A stretch of 64,000 bases of DNA from a virus (Duplodnaviria; Caudoviricetes), in the IMG/VR virus record IMGVR_UViG_3300031555_001437. One strand, given 5' to 3'. The position numbers and the translations under genes are program-made. A model generated the notes under the pieces. It searched no databases, had not been told where the DNA came from, and saw only the letters and a program-made list of their open reading frames with translations. How positions within the stretch are numbered: the first letter of the stretch is position 1; each line of letters opens with the position of its first letter. Below, piece after piece: positions 27,793-36,979 of the stretch.

Positions 27793-28899
27793 ATGAAGAA
27801 TCTAATGATGTTTAATACAACTGTTCAGAATGCATTTAATAATGATAATGCAGATCTTGTTTGCTTCAGCGAGCTCCTTCTTGACGCTGCACGCGGCGAG
27901 GTAAAGGATTATTCTGCTAAGGAAGCTAATCAGAAGATTGTTGAGAAGTTTAGAGCTGCTCTCGGTATCGAGGCTAACGACAGACCTCAGCATGTTAGAC
28001 GCGCTATTCGCGCAAATAAAGACCTCGTATTCACTCTGATTGAGGAGACTCTCGAGGAGATGATTATTACTGGCTGGATGGAGAACCCTTTCTTCATGCA
28101 GTTTGTTGAGACCAAGAATCTGGCTCTGGGCGACGAGAACGACTTCTATGTTGAGGACGACTCTATCCTGAGCGTTTCTAAGGTTTCTGGTAACCACCAC
28201 AATATGATTCGTCAGAGACTTGGCGCTGGTCGTCACTTCTCCGTTGCTGGTGAGTGGTTCGGTTTGAAGATCTACGCAGATTTTGAGAGAGTTCTGACTG
28301 GCGCAGAGGATTGGGCTGCATTTGTTTCTAAGGTTGCAGACGCTATCAATCGTTATCTATATGATGCTCTGTATGCTGCTCTGAGAGGTGCCAAGGACAA
28401 TCTGGGTGCAAACTGGGTTAAGTCTGGTGCTATCGATGTTGCTAACAAGGCAACCCTAGTTAAGCTTTGCCAGGATATCTCCATGGCAACTGGTTCCGAG
28501 GTCACTATCTTCGGTGCTCGTACTGCTCTGTCTTCTCTGACTGCTATGGCTGATGTAAACTGGGCTCCTGAGACCGTTAAGCAGGAATACTATGCAAATG
28601 GTGGCGTTCTTGGCAACTGGGAGGGCTTTGCTGTTGCAGAGATTGGTCAGGGTCTGAAGAGAGGCGCTGGCATCAACAGTGCAACTGTCGACTACATGCT
28701 CGATACAGATAGACTGTACATCATTCCTACCAGCCTGGCTAATCGTTTCATCAAGGTCGTCAACTATGGTGAAACTCAGGTTTCTCAGACTACCGACAGA
28801 GATACTAACAGAGATATGAGCTATGAATACGAAGTTATGTATCGCATGGGTATTAGCGTTATTCTTAACAGCGTATTTGGTGTTTGGGAAATTGTATAA
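27793..28899 (+). CDS. Major capsid protein
   Basis: 368 aa; synteny; strong codon bias; SG.H...RQRL motif. Confidence 0.85.
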   Translation: MKNLMMFNTTVQNAFNNDNADLVCFSELLLDAARGEVKDYSAKEANQKIVEKFRAALGIEANDRPQHVRRAIRANKDLVFTLIEETLEEMIITGWMENPFFMQFVETKNLALGDENDFYVEDDSILSVSKVSGNHHNMIRQRLGAGRHFSVAGEWFGLKIYADFERVLTGAEDWAAFVSKVADAINRYLYDALYAALRGAKDNLGANWVKSGAIDVANKATLVKLCQDISMATGSEVTIFGARTALSSLTAMADVNWAPETVKQEYYANGGVLGNWEGFAVAEIGQGLKRGAGINSATVDYMLDTDRLYIIPTSLANRFIKVVNYGETQVSQTTDRDTNRDMSYEYEVMYRMGISVILNSVFGVWEIV

Positions 28900-28927
28900 T
28901 TAATTTTATTAAAATTATAACAGAAAG

Positions 28928-29671
28928 GTGGTGTTAACAGTGGAAAAAATATGTGGCATATATTGTATTGAAAATACTAATAATAATAAAAAATATATTG
29001 GACAATCTGTTGATATATATAAAAGGTGGAAAGCACATAAAAGCGAGCTAAATCAACATAAACACGTGAATGATTATTTGCAACGTGCATGGGATAAATA
29101 TGGAGAATCTTACTTTAGATTTTATATTTTAGAGGCGTGCAACATATTTCAACTCGACGAGTTAGAAATAAAATACATTGAACAATTTAATACAACAAAC
29201 GTTCAGTATGGGTATAATCTAAATGCTGGCGGAAATGGTAATCAGTCTCCAAGTGAATATGTTCGACATAAAATGCGAGAAAACCACGCAGATGTTTCTG
29301 GAGAAAACAATCCTAATTATGGGAAACACATGTCTGACGATGTAAAGCAAAAAATGATTGCCAATCGTCATACTCCAAAAGGAAGTGAACATATTAACTA
29401 CGGCAAGACTTTTTCTGATGATACTAAGTTAAAAATGAGCATAAATCATGCAGATTTTTCTGGTGAAAATCATCCGAGGTGTCGTTCTGTATATTGTCCA
29501 GAGCTTGATAGAGAGTTTTGGGGAGCTAAAGAGGTTGAGTTAGAATTAGGTATTGACGCTACATATGTATCCGCTTGTCTAAGAGGCAGGCAGAAATCCG
29601 CTGGTAAACACCCCATAACTGGTGAAAAGTTACACTGGGTAGATGCTAAACAAAAAATAGCAGCATCTTAA
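28928..29671 (+). CDS. Free-standing GIY-YIG homing endonuclease
   Basis: GIYCIEN...KYIGQS...RW..H, E...I, GYN, NUMOD-like GENNPNYGK repeats; AT-rich relative to neighbours. Confidence 0.9.
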   Translation: MVLTVEKICGIYCIENTNNNKKYIGQSVDIYKRWKAHKSELNQHKHVNDYLQRAWDKYGESYFRFYILEACNIFQLDELEIKYIEQFNTTNVQYGYNLNAGGNGNQSPSEYVRHKMRENHADVSGENNPNYGKHMSDDVKQKMIANRHTPKGSEHINYGKTFSDDTKLKMSINHADFSGENHPRCRSVYCPELDREFWGAKEVELELGIDATYVSACLRGRQKSAGKHPITGEKLHWVDAKQKIAAS

Positions 29672-29714
29672 CACGACAAAATGATTTATATGCGGAGAAA
29701 AAGGAGAAATTATT

Positions 29715-30266
29715 ATGGCAAATACAAAAAAGTCAGCAGTCGAAACCGATGAAATTATGGAACAGGAGCCAGTAACTGAGGTTGTTACTCCTGCTCCTAA
29801 AAAAGTTAACAAGCCTAAGCATGACCCAAGCGAACTTATTCCCTGCAGAAGTGTTCGCTTTGGAGAGCTAAGACTTATTGGTCCAAAGACTCGTATGCCT
29901 TATAGTTGGGCGAACGAGGGTGACTTTAGAGATGTTGAGTATCAAGACTTGGTGTCCTGGAAAGCTCTTGGCTCTCGTTATCTGTTCGAACCTATGATTA
30001 TTATCGAGGACGAGGATTTGAGAGAGGAGTGGAAGTCTGATTTTGGAGAGCTTTATGACTCGTTGCAGCAGGTTGACATTAAGGAGATGTTTAAGTTACC
30101 TCACAGAAATTTTGTGGCGCAACTTAAGAAGCTTCCTGACGGTATGAAAGCCACTGTACAGAATATGGCATATTCTATGATTCAGAACGGCACTCTTTAC
30201 GACCTGAGAACCATTAAGGCTATTGACGAAACTCTCGGTACAGAACTGATTATGATGATTGGCTAA
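29715..30266 (+). CDS. Virion morphogenesis protein (post-capsid)
   Basis: Synteny; AAGGAG RBS. Confidence 0.6.
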   Translation: MANTKKSAVETDEIMEQEPVTEVVTPAPKKVNKPKHDPSELIPCRSVRFGELRLIGPKTRMPYSWANEGDFRDVEYQDLVSWKALGSRYLFEPMIIIEDEDLREEWKSDFGELYDSLQQVDIKEMFKLPHRNFVAQLKKLPDGMKATVQNMAYSMIQNGTLYDLRTIKAIDETLGTELIMMIG

Positions 30267-30285
30267 TATAGGGGAGGTGTTGCAT

Positions 30286-30705
30286 ATGACACTTTACTCT
30301 ACTTTGTACGAAAAAGCTTTGAGTAAAATCACAGACCCAACCTTGCTGATGCTTCCCGAGGAAGACTTGGAGAATATGTTGCATGGTTGGTTGTCTAGTG
30401 CAATCGCAAAACACAGAAAGTGCGAACATGACTTATCCAATAGAGATGAAGAATTAAAGCAATTTAATTTTGATTTGTCCGATGTGGAGACTGAAATTCT
30501 CGCTTTGCTGATGGCTCGCGAATGGATTGGCCAGCAACTTTTGAGCGTAACGAATACTTTGCAGGTGTTTAGTGGTAAGGAAACAAATTATTACTCACAG
30601 GCTGCGCACTTAAAGGAGCTGCAAGCGCTAGACGACAAACTGCGCTTAGAGGCCCAACAGCTTTCTCGTGATTATACTTACACTAATAACGAATATTTTG
30701 ATTGA
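30286..30705 (+). CDS. Head-tail connector/adaptor
   Basis: Synteny; F..DL...E.EILA..M..EW...YSQA.HL pattern. Confidence 0.65.
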   Translation: MTLYSTLYEKALSKITDPTLLMLPEEDLENMLHGWLSSAIAKHRKCEHDLSNRDEELKQFNFDLSDVETEILALLMAREWIGQQLLSVTNTLQVFSGKETNYYSQAAHLKELQALDDKLRLEAQQLSRDYTYTNNEYFD

Positions 30706-30716
30706 GGTACACTAAG

Positions 30717-31019
30717 ATGAGAAATATATATGAAGATGTACCGTCTAGTCAAATTGAAAAACAAAAGCGCTACTTTTATGGCGCAATAATTAATGTGCTC
30801 TACTTGTGGGAGGATAATAGCCCTTTTGTAGACGCAACAATTCAAACTTTGATAAATCAAATTGGCGGCTCAAACCGCCTTTTTGGTTATCAGCCAGAAG
30901 TTCTATCTATAGTTAGTTTTTTGGAAACAGCTCGCAAAGAGCCTACGCAGTTTAGGAAATGTATCCTTGATGCTGCTAATTTGGTAGATTCGCTTAAAGG
31001 CGGTGATTCCGATGTTTGA
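30717..31019 (+). CDS. Hypothetical neck-region protein
   Basis: GAGGT RBS; synteny. Confidence 0.6.
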   Translation: MRNIYEDVPSSQIEKQKRYFYGAIINVLYLWEDNSPFVDATIQTLINQIGGSNRLFGYQPEVLSIVSFLETARKEPTQFRKCILDAANLVDSLKGGDSDV

Positions 31020-32079
31020 GACTTACAGAAATCGCATGGCTGCGCGTGGCGAAACTGTGGGCGAAATCCTTCGCAAACAATCAAATATGGTTGTTGAGCA
31101 GACGTGGGATAGAGACCCAAATTCGCGCAAGGTGTATGTGGTTAAAGTTAACAACGGACTGCCAGAGGTTACTGCGGATAATGATTTAATTGATGTAAAA
31201 TTCAATGTTAAGACATATGCTAACATTACTTCTGATGAGCCGTCTTACTGGATGCAATTTCGTCATGGTGAAGAAAAACGGCATCCAGAGATTGACATAG
31301 GAAGTTATGTGTATATGAAAAACGAAGATGGCGAGTGGACATGGTGGATGTTAGTGCATCTTGATGACAGACCATCTTTTAGACAGTGGCAGATATTGGA
31401 GACGAATTATACATTTAAGTGGATATCCAATGGTAAAATTTATAGTTGTTTAGGTATACAGAGGGTGCAGCAATCGTATAATAGTGGGTCGTGGGATGGC
31501 GACCGCTTTACGTTCGTTGATAATATTACATCCGCTATTTTACCTGCAAATAATGATACTTTTACTATAAATTATAATCACAGATTTATGATTACTGACC
31601 AAAGACGCCCAGTTCCGCTGGTTTGGTCTGTTTCAAAAGTTGAGGATTCAACTCCAATTGGCTTACTTACGCTGAAGTTTACTCAAGAAACATATTCACC
31701 AGAGTTGGATAACAAGGAGCTTATGGTTTGTAACTATTATGGTTCTCCAGTGACTCCAGAGGTTCCAGATGCAGAAACCGAGCTTAAAACTCTAGCGTCT
31801 ATAACTTATAACGGCACTGCTCCAACTGTCAAGGTTGGCGGAAGTTATAAGATTTTCACACCAGTTTTCCACGATAAGACTGCTACGGTTGATAAGTGGA
31901 CTATAAGTGATGAAAACGGAGATGTTACTAGTGATACGGAAAATTACGCTGTCGACTATGATGGTGATAAGCTTAAGCTTAAGGTTGCGAAAAATTACTA
32001 TTTGATAGGCAAAGAGTTAATAGTTCAAGTAAAAGGTACGGATGGTAGTACCGCAGAACTTCGTGTGGGGGTGGTTTAA
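31012..32079 (+). CDS. Head closure/neck protein
   Basis: Synteny; beta-rich sequence. Confidence 0.55.
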   Translation: MFETYRNRMAARGETVGEILRKQSNMVVEQTWDRDPNSRKVYVVKVNNGLPEVTADNDLIDVKFNVKTYANITSDEPSYWMQFRHGEEKRHPEIDIGSYVYMKNEDGEWTWWMLVHLDDRPSFRQWQILETNYTFKWISNGKIYSCLGIQRVQQSYNSGSWDGDRFTFVDNITSAILPANNDTFTINYNHRFMITDQRRPVPLVWSVSKVEDSTPIGLLTLKFTQETYSPELDNKELMVCNYYGSPVTPEVPDAETELKTLASITYNGTAPTVKVGGSYKIFTPVFHDKTATVDKWTISDENGDVTSDTENYAVDYDGDKLKLKVAKNYYLIGKELIVQVKGTDGSTAELRVGVV

Positions 32080-32080
32080 G

Positions 32081-32614
32081 ATGATACGCGATATTCAAAA
32101 CATCGATGACGATATTGTGCGTAAAAAGCGCAAAATTGAAGAAATTCTTTATTCTGACCCAGACATCGTAGAAGTTCTTGGTGATTATGACATTGACCCG
32201 TCTTGCCCAGAAGAACTTGTATATTCAAGCATCTATCCGTTTTTACGGATTCCTGGAACGCAAGACGTATCAAAGAATTATATTACATTTACTGTGGATG
32301 ACTCTGATAGAACTGCTGGTAATTCAGTCATGAAAACACAATACATTCAGTTTGTTGTTTTTGTGCATAAAGATTTAGTTCAAACTCAGTATGGTGTGGC
32401 TCGGCATGATTTGCTGGGTTATTTAATTAGAGATGTGTTTAACCTTTCGAACAAACTTGGACCGCAAATGGAACTTGTGAGTAATAGAGAAGGCGTAACG
32501 GACTCTGATTACCACACCAGAACTCTGAGATTTGAGCTTATTGATGATAATTCTACGAAACCATTCAGAACTAATCCTTATGAGCATGACCGCATTATTG
32601 GTCATCGGAGGTGA
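32081..32614 (+). CDS. Tail terminator/completion protein
   Basis: IYPF.RIP...RHDLL pattern; synteny. Confidence 0.6.
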   Translation: MIRDIQNIDDDIVRKKRKIEEILYSDPDIVEVLGDYDIDPSCPEELVYSSIYPFLRIPGTQDVSKNYITFTVDDSDRTAGNSVMKTQYIQFVVFVHKDLVQTQYGVARHDLLGYLIRDVFNLSNKLGPQMELVSNREGVTDSDYHTRTLRFELIDDNSTKPFRTNPYEHDRIIGHRR

Positions 32615-32617
32615 GTT

Positions 32618-33394
32618 ATGGATGTTTTTAAAGTAGACGAACTCAAACTTTATATGGGGTCTGAGATAAAAATTGCTGATGGTATTGTATTGCGATGTCC
32701 TACCATCGGAGAAATTGTTGATTACGGAGAAGAGTCATATTTTTCTATGGCTCAGACAATATGTTCCACTCCGAGCAGTTTAAAGGTTGCGTTAGATGAT
32801 AAAGGCTATGATTATATGCAAGTAAAAGATTTTGATCTTTTTATAATGCTAACCAGGTCTTTGCCGCAAGATGTAACTGCACCAATTCTCGGAGATTTGG
32901 ACTTATCATCGTTGATCCCGTATGAAACAGAATATGGCGAAGTTATTTTATCAAGTGCAGACCGTTCGATTGTGATTAATAGTGTTATTTATGAAATATT
33001 AGTGACATATATTCGCAAAATGCACGGATTTAAAAAGCAGGTTGATAAAGCTGGTAACGAAGTTACTCGCCAGATGTTAATTAAAGTTGCAAGACAAGAC
33101 GCAAAGGCGTCTCAAAATAAACCTTACAAGTCTTTTTTATTACCTTTGATTTCTTCGTTGCAGGGGAGACAAAGGTATACGAAAGCATATATTCGTGATA
33201 TGGGCATTTATGAATTTACAAATCAAATAAATCGTGCCCAAATTATTGTGCAGGCTGATGCAGCACTACACGGATCATGGAGTGGGATGGTAGACACAAA
33301 GAAGATCGACAAGCAAGTATTCGATTGGATGAGAGACCCACAAGAAGATACTAATACGAAAAACAAAACAATACTTAAAGAAGGCGCTAATTAA
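32618..33394 (+). CDS. Tail-region protein
   Basis: PT.GEI...GE..Y motif; GGAGG RBS; upstream of the major tail gene. Confidence 0.6.
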   Translation: MDVFKVDELKLYMGSEIKIADGIVLRCPTIGEIVDYGEESYFSMAQTICSTPSSLKVALDDKGYDYMQVKDFDLFIMLTRSLPQDVTAPILGDLDLSSLIPYETEYGEVILSSADRSIVINSVIYEILVTYIRKMHGFKKQVDKAGNEVTRQMLIKVARQDAKASQNKPYKSFLLPLISSLQGRQRYTKAYIRDMGIYEFTNQINRAQIIVQADAALHGSWSGMVDTKKIDKQVFDWMRDPQEDTNTKNKTILKEGAN

Positions 33395-33405
33395 TAGCGT
33401 TTTTT
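33381..33405 (+). terminator. Putative intrinsic terminator
   Basis: GGCGCTA-ATTAA-TAGCGTT followed by a T tract. Confidence 0.55.
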
Positions 33406-33434
33406 ATTATGTTAATTTTTAGGAGGAAAATATT

Positions 33435-34208
33435 ATGGCACAGTATGCACTCGATAGAGTTATTTCTGTCGTTGGTACTTATGCAGCTACCAACACTAAG
33501 AAGGGCATCGAGGAGGGCGGCCTGGCATTCCTTTGCGACCAGGTTGTAGATCCTTCTCTGTCTTTTACTTCTGAGACCGAGGATATTGTTGATGCAAGAA
33601 ACAATGTCGTTATGCAGCTTCAGGGCGCTCGTGGCGCAACTTTCGGCGCTTCCAACGCTTTCTTCAACACTCAGATTCTTGCAAACCAGACTGGTGGTGT
33701 CGTTGAGACAATCACTAGCGAAACTTTTGAGAAGTACGACATCTGCACTCTGGACGCAGAGGGTAAGGCAACTATCTCTGCTACCCCTGCTGCAGACAGT
33801 AAGTACAAGGTATTCGCACTTCGTACAGATAACAGCCTGACCACCGCTACTCCCACTGAGGGCGAGTATGCAGATGGTAAGGTTACTGTTGCTGATGGCG
33901 CAGAGGGTGATAGAGTTCTAGTCGCTTATACCGCAGAGGTTAAGAACGGCGAGAAGATCACTGCTCTGGCAGACGCTCAGAACGAGCTGATGAACGTTAC
34001 TGCAGAGGTTCTGCTCCGTGAGCTGTGCAAGGAGGAGCTGTACTACGCATATATTATCATCAGAGGTAAGCTCTCTGGTGAGGCAGAGTGGTCCATGTCC
34101 AGAGACGGTAATCACGCGTTTGAGATTACCGCATTCCCCTCTTACTGCGACGCTGAGCGTAAGCTGGTTGAGGTTATTGTCGTTCGCGGCGAAGACCTGA
34201 TTGCCTAA
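33435..34208 (+). CDS. Major tail (tube) protein
   Basis: Strong codon bias, AGGAGG RBS, beta-rich 257 aa, followed by a terminator. Confidence 0.75.
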   Translation: MAQYALDRVISVVGTYAATNTKKGIEEGGLAFLCDQVVDPSLSFTSETEDIVDARNNVVMQLQGARGATFGASNAFFNTQILANQTGGVVETITSETFEKYDICTLDAEGKATISATPAADSKYKVFALRTDNSLTTATPTEGEYADGKVTVADGAEGDRVLVAYTAEVKNGEKITALADAQNELMNVTAEVLLRELCKEELYYAYIIIRGKLSGEAEWSMSRDGNHAFEITAFPSYCDAERKLVEVIVVRGEDLIA

Positions 34209-34222
34209 TTGAATATTTTTAT

Positions 34223-34256
34223 GCTGGGGCGGCAATAGCTGCCCTGGCTCATTTTT
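34223..34256 (+). terminator. Intrinsic terminator
   Basis: GCTGGGGCGGC-AATA-GCTGCCCTGGC then TCATTTTT. Confidence 0.7.
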
Positions 34257-34275
34257 ATAAGGAGGTGCAATAGAC

Positions 34276-34563
34276 ATGGATAGACACGAGTGTCGTCATT
34301 GTGGACGAAAGTTCAACTATTGCAGATCTTGCATGCTTAAACCAATACCTTGGAGAGATGCTGGTTTTTGCAGCAAAGAATGTTCCGCTGCTTTTAAAGC
34401 AGTACAAGAAGTTGTCCCAACAGAGGACGTAGAAATAGTTGTAATTGAAGAGGATACCCCTGCGCAAGAAGAAGTCGTAGAAGAGTATCCTTATCTTTTT
34501 ACGACTACAGAAGAGGAGAATAATATAGATGATAACGAGCAAAGTGACCCACAAGACCTATGA
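34276..34563 (+). CDS. Small zinc-finger protein with acidic tail
   Basis: CRHCG..F.YCRSC...W....CS.EC. Confidence 0.7.
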   Translation: MDRHECRHCGRKFNYCRSCMLKPIPWRDAGFCSKECSAAFKAVQEVVPTEDVEIVVIEEDTPAQEEVVEEYPYLFTTTEEENNIDDNEQSDPQDL

Positions 34564-34750
34564 TCCAGCTGAGTGCGTGTTTTTGTCTAATCCAGTACAA
34601 TGTCATAAGTACTTTGAGCTTCTTGGCAGTGACCTATTTGTAGATATACTTTGGGCTAGCGAAAAGAGACCTGATGCGCTTGTGTATGTATGGCGTAAAT
34701 GTGCTGAAACCGCAAAGGCAAAAGAGTTGTGGGACAAGAGATTACTATAA
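34529..34750 (+). CDS. Hypothetical phage protein
   Basis: Own GAGGAG RBS. Confidence 0.65.
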   Translation: MITSKVTHKTYDPAECVFLSNPVQCHKYFELLGSDLFVDILWASEKRPDALVYVWRKCAETAKAKELWDKRLL

Positions 34751-34764
34751 AGGAGTTGATATAA

Positions 34765-35517
34765 TTGTTGATTTTAAAACTGAATATTCGTAACCAAAGA
34801 CTAAATAAATTCAACTCCGCAGTTATTGCTTCAAACTCCGCTGGCTATCTTTATTGCCAGTTTAATTTTCTGACTAATGATTGGGAAAAGGTTTCCGTAA
34901 AGATGGCTAATTTTAGCTACAGAGGGCGTAATTTCCCAGTTTTGATTGATGAAAATAATATGTGCGAAGTTCCAGTAGATGTCATTAAGCCAAACGCTTC
35001 CTTTAAGGTTAGTGTATTCGGTGGCGGCATCACTACAAATACTGTTAAATATGAAGTTGAAGATAGTGGAATTACTCCGTTTGAAGACGAGGGTATTTCT
35101 CTAAAATATTACAATGAAATAATCAATAAACTGTCAGCTACTATTGATGACCTCAATGAAACCAAGGCGGACAACATTGTTCTCGACACTGAAACCAATA
35201 CTATTCAGCTTACAGCAAATGGCATGCCAATCGGTGATGCTGTTGACTATGCAAGTTGTGGTATTAAGAGTTTTGATGTTGACGAGAACGATAACATTAC
35301 CATCACTTTGGTTGACGGTCGTGTTATCGACCTTGGCCATGTAGCTGGCGCAAACGGTGCTACTTTTATCCCACACATTGACGAAGACCATATTCTGACG
35401 TGGACAAACGATGGCGGTTTGCCTAACCCCGATCCTGTTGACCTTAATCCTCATGACGAATGGTCTACAGTCCCTGAAGAGGGTGTTGAAACAGAATATG
35501 AGTGGGAATTTCTATGA
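34765..35517 (+). CDS. Fibre anchor-like structural protein (BppU-like N-terminus)
   Basis: YL.CQF.F...DW N-terminus; GATFIP....LTWTNDGGL.NP collar-like motif. Confidence 0.6.
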   Translation: MLILKLNIRNQRLNKFNSAVIASNSAGYLYCQFNFLTNDWEKVSVKMANFSYRGRNFPVLIDENNMCEVPVDVIKPNASFKVSVFGGGITTNTVKYEVEDSGITPFEDEGISLKYYNEIINKLSATIDDLNETKADNIVLDTETNTIQLTANGMPIGDAVDYASCGIKSFDVDENDNITITLVDGRVIDLGHVAGANGATFIPHIDEDHILTWTNDGGLPNPDPVDLNPHDEWSTVPEEGVETEYEWEFL

Positions 35518-35578
35518 TGAAATAACACGGGTTTAATCCTTGTTATATTAAAAATTTTTAGAAAGGAAAGTAACAAAT

Positions 35579-36952
35579 ATGGCACAAAATGTAAAATTTA
35601 TAGCCGTCAAGCTACAAGCGACATTTGACGCTCTTGAGACAAAAGACGCTCTTGCTCTGTATTGGATACATGACACGCAGCGTCTCTACAAAGGCGACAA
35701 GCTCTATGGCACTGGTCTTGAGGCGACTTCTGAATTTGCTGGCTTGATGTCTGCAGAGGACAAGGCGGCTCTAGAAGCGCTTAAGGTTGGCGGTGGTCTA
35801 TCTAACCTCGTACCTGTTGATGGCACAATCTCCATCACAGATGCAGTTGGTGGAGGCAAAGCACTTGGTGTTGCAATTTCTACGCAGAACGGCAACACAC
35901 TGGTTGTAAATGAAGATGGCCTGTTCGTTCAGGAGACAATCGTTCCTGAGTTCACTATTGAGAAGCAGGTAACAGCAGAGGATGGTTTTGCGGCGACCTA
36001 CAGACTAAAGAAAGTTGTTGGGGAAGAGTCTGCTTATGTTGGTGATGCAATCAACATTGCTAAAGACTTAGTCCTTCAGTCTGCTACGCTTGAAGTTGTC
36101 ACAGAGGATGGCGTTCCTTATGGTGGCGCGGTTGTTGGCGACCCATATATCAAAATGGTCTTCAACAACGCAGACGCATCTAATCTCTACATCCCAGTTA
36201 AGGGTCTTGTAGATACCTATTCCGCTGGTGACGGTATCGAAATCGTGGACAACAAGATTTCTGTTAAACTCGCAGATGTCACTCACGGTCTGGTTGCTGT
36301 AAATGGCGCTTTGGCTCTCAATCTTGCTACTCGTCATTATGACGGTGCGATGTCTAAAGAGGACAAGAAGATTGTAGATTCTATTCCTTATGCTTATGTA
36401 GCACGTAAGTATGAGATTTCTGGCACTCCAACAGGTACTCTTGTAAACTACGGCGAGAAGGAAATTCGTGTTATGGTTCCTGCAGGCGCTGAGTTTACAA
36501 AACAGAATGTAGGCGTTGGTGGTGATGCTAACACTTACTATATGACATTTAAGACCTATGCACCGCAGGGTGCTGTTGGTTATAAGGAACACCTTGGTGG
36601 CCAGTCTGACAGTGAAATTTTAGCCGACCTGAAGACCGACGAATATGGTCGCAGATATCAACCTACTTGGTTGGGACTTGCGAAGCTCGACGAGGCCACT
36701 GGTGCGTGGACGTATTACGGCAAAAATTCTGCCGAGTCCAAGTATATCGGATGGGATTATCGAATTGATTGGTTTGACGCAGATGACGTAATGATTGCTA
36801 CCGATTCTGTTCGTATCAATCTGTCAAATGAGGATTGTCACAACAATGTAAAACCTTATTATATTGCAAATTATGCGACTACCGAAAAAGTTGCAGCAAT
36901 TGAAGAATCTATTAAAAAAGCTGAAAACAGCTATACTTGGACAGAAATGTAA
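35579..36952 (+). CDS. Putative virion fibre protein
   Basis: GLMSAEDK repeats, Y.AGDGI motif. Confidence 0.65.
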   Translation: MAQNVKFIAVKLQATFDALETKDALALYWIHDTQRLYKGDKLYGTGLEATSEFAGLMSAEDKAALEALKVGGGLSNLVPVDGTISITDAVGGGKALGVAISTQNGNTLVVNEDGLFVQETIVPEFTIEKQVTAEDGFAATYRLKKVVGEESAYVGDAINIAKDLVLQSATLEVVTEDGVPYGGAVVGDPYIKMVFNNADASNLYIPVKGLVDTYSAGDGIEIVDNKISVKLADVTHGLVAVNGALALNLATRHYDGAMSKEDKKIVDSIPYAYVARKYEISGTPTGTLVNYGEKEIRVMVPAGAEFTKQNVGVGGDANTYYMTFKTYAPQGAVGYKEHLGGQSDSEILADLKTDEYGRRYQPTWLGLAKLDEATGAWTYYGKNSAESKYIGWDYRIDWFDADDVMIATDSVRINLSNEDCHNNVKPYYIANYATTEKVAAIEESIKKAENSYTWTEM

Positions 36953-36979
36953 TTAAAATTTTTTTGGAGGAATATAATT

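Noticed and set aside
28900-29714. Intron around the GIY-YIG gene
   Set aside because: No group I core elements, very short flanks, and the capsid gene appears complete.
34276-34750. Programmed frameshift of tail assembly chaperones
   Set aside because: The second ORF has its own GAGGAG RBS and ATG, and no slippery heptamer is evident in the overlap.
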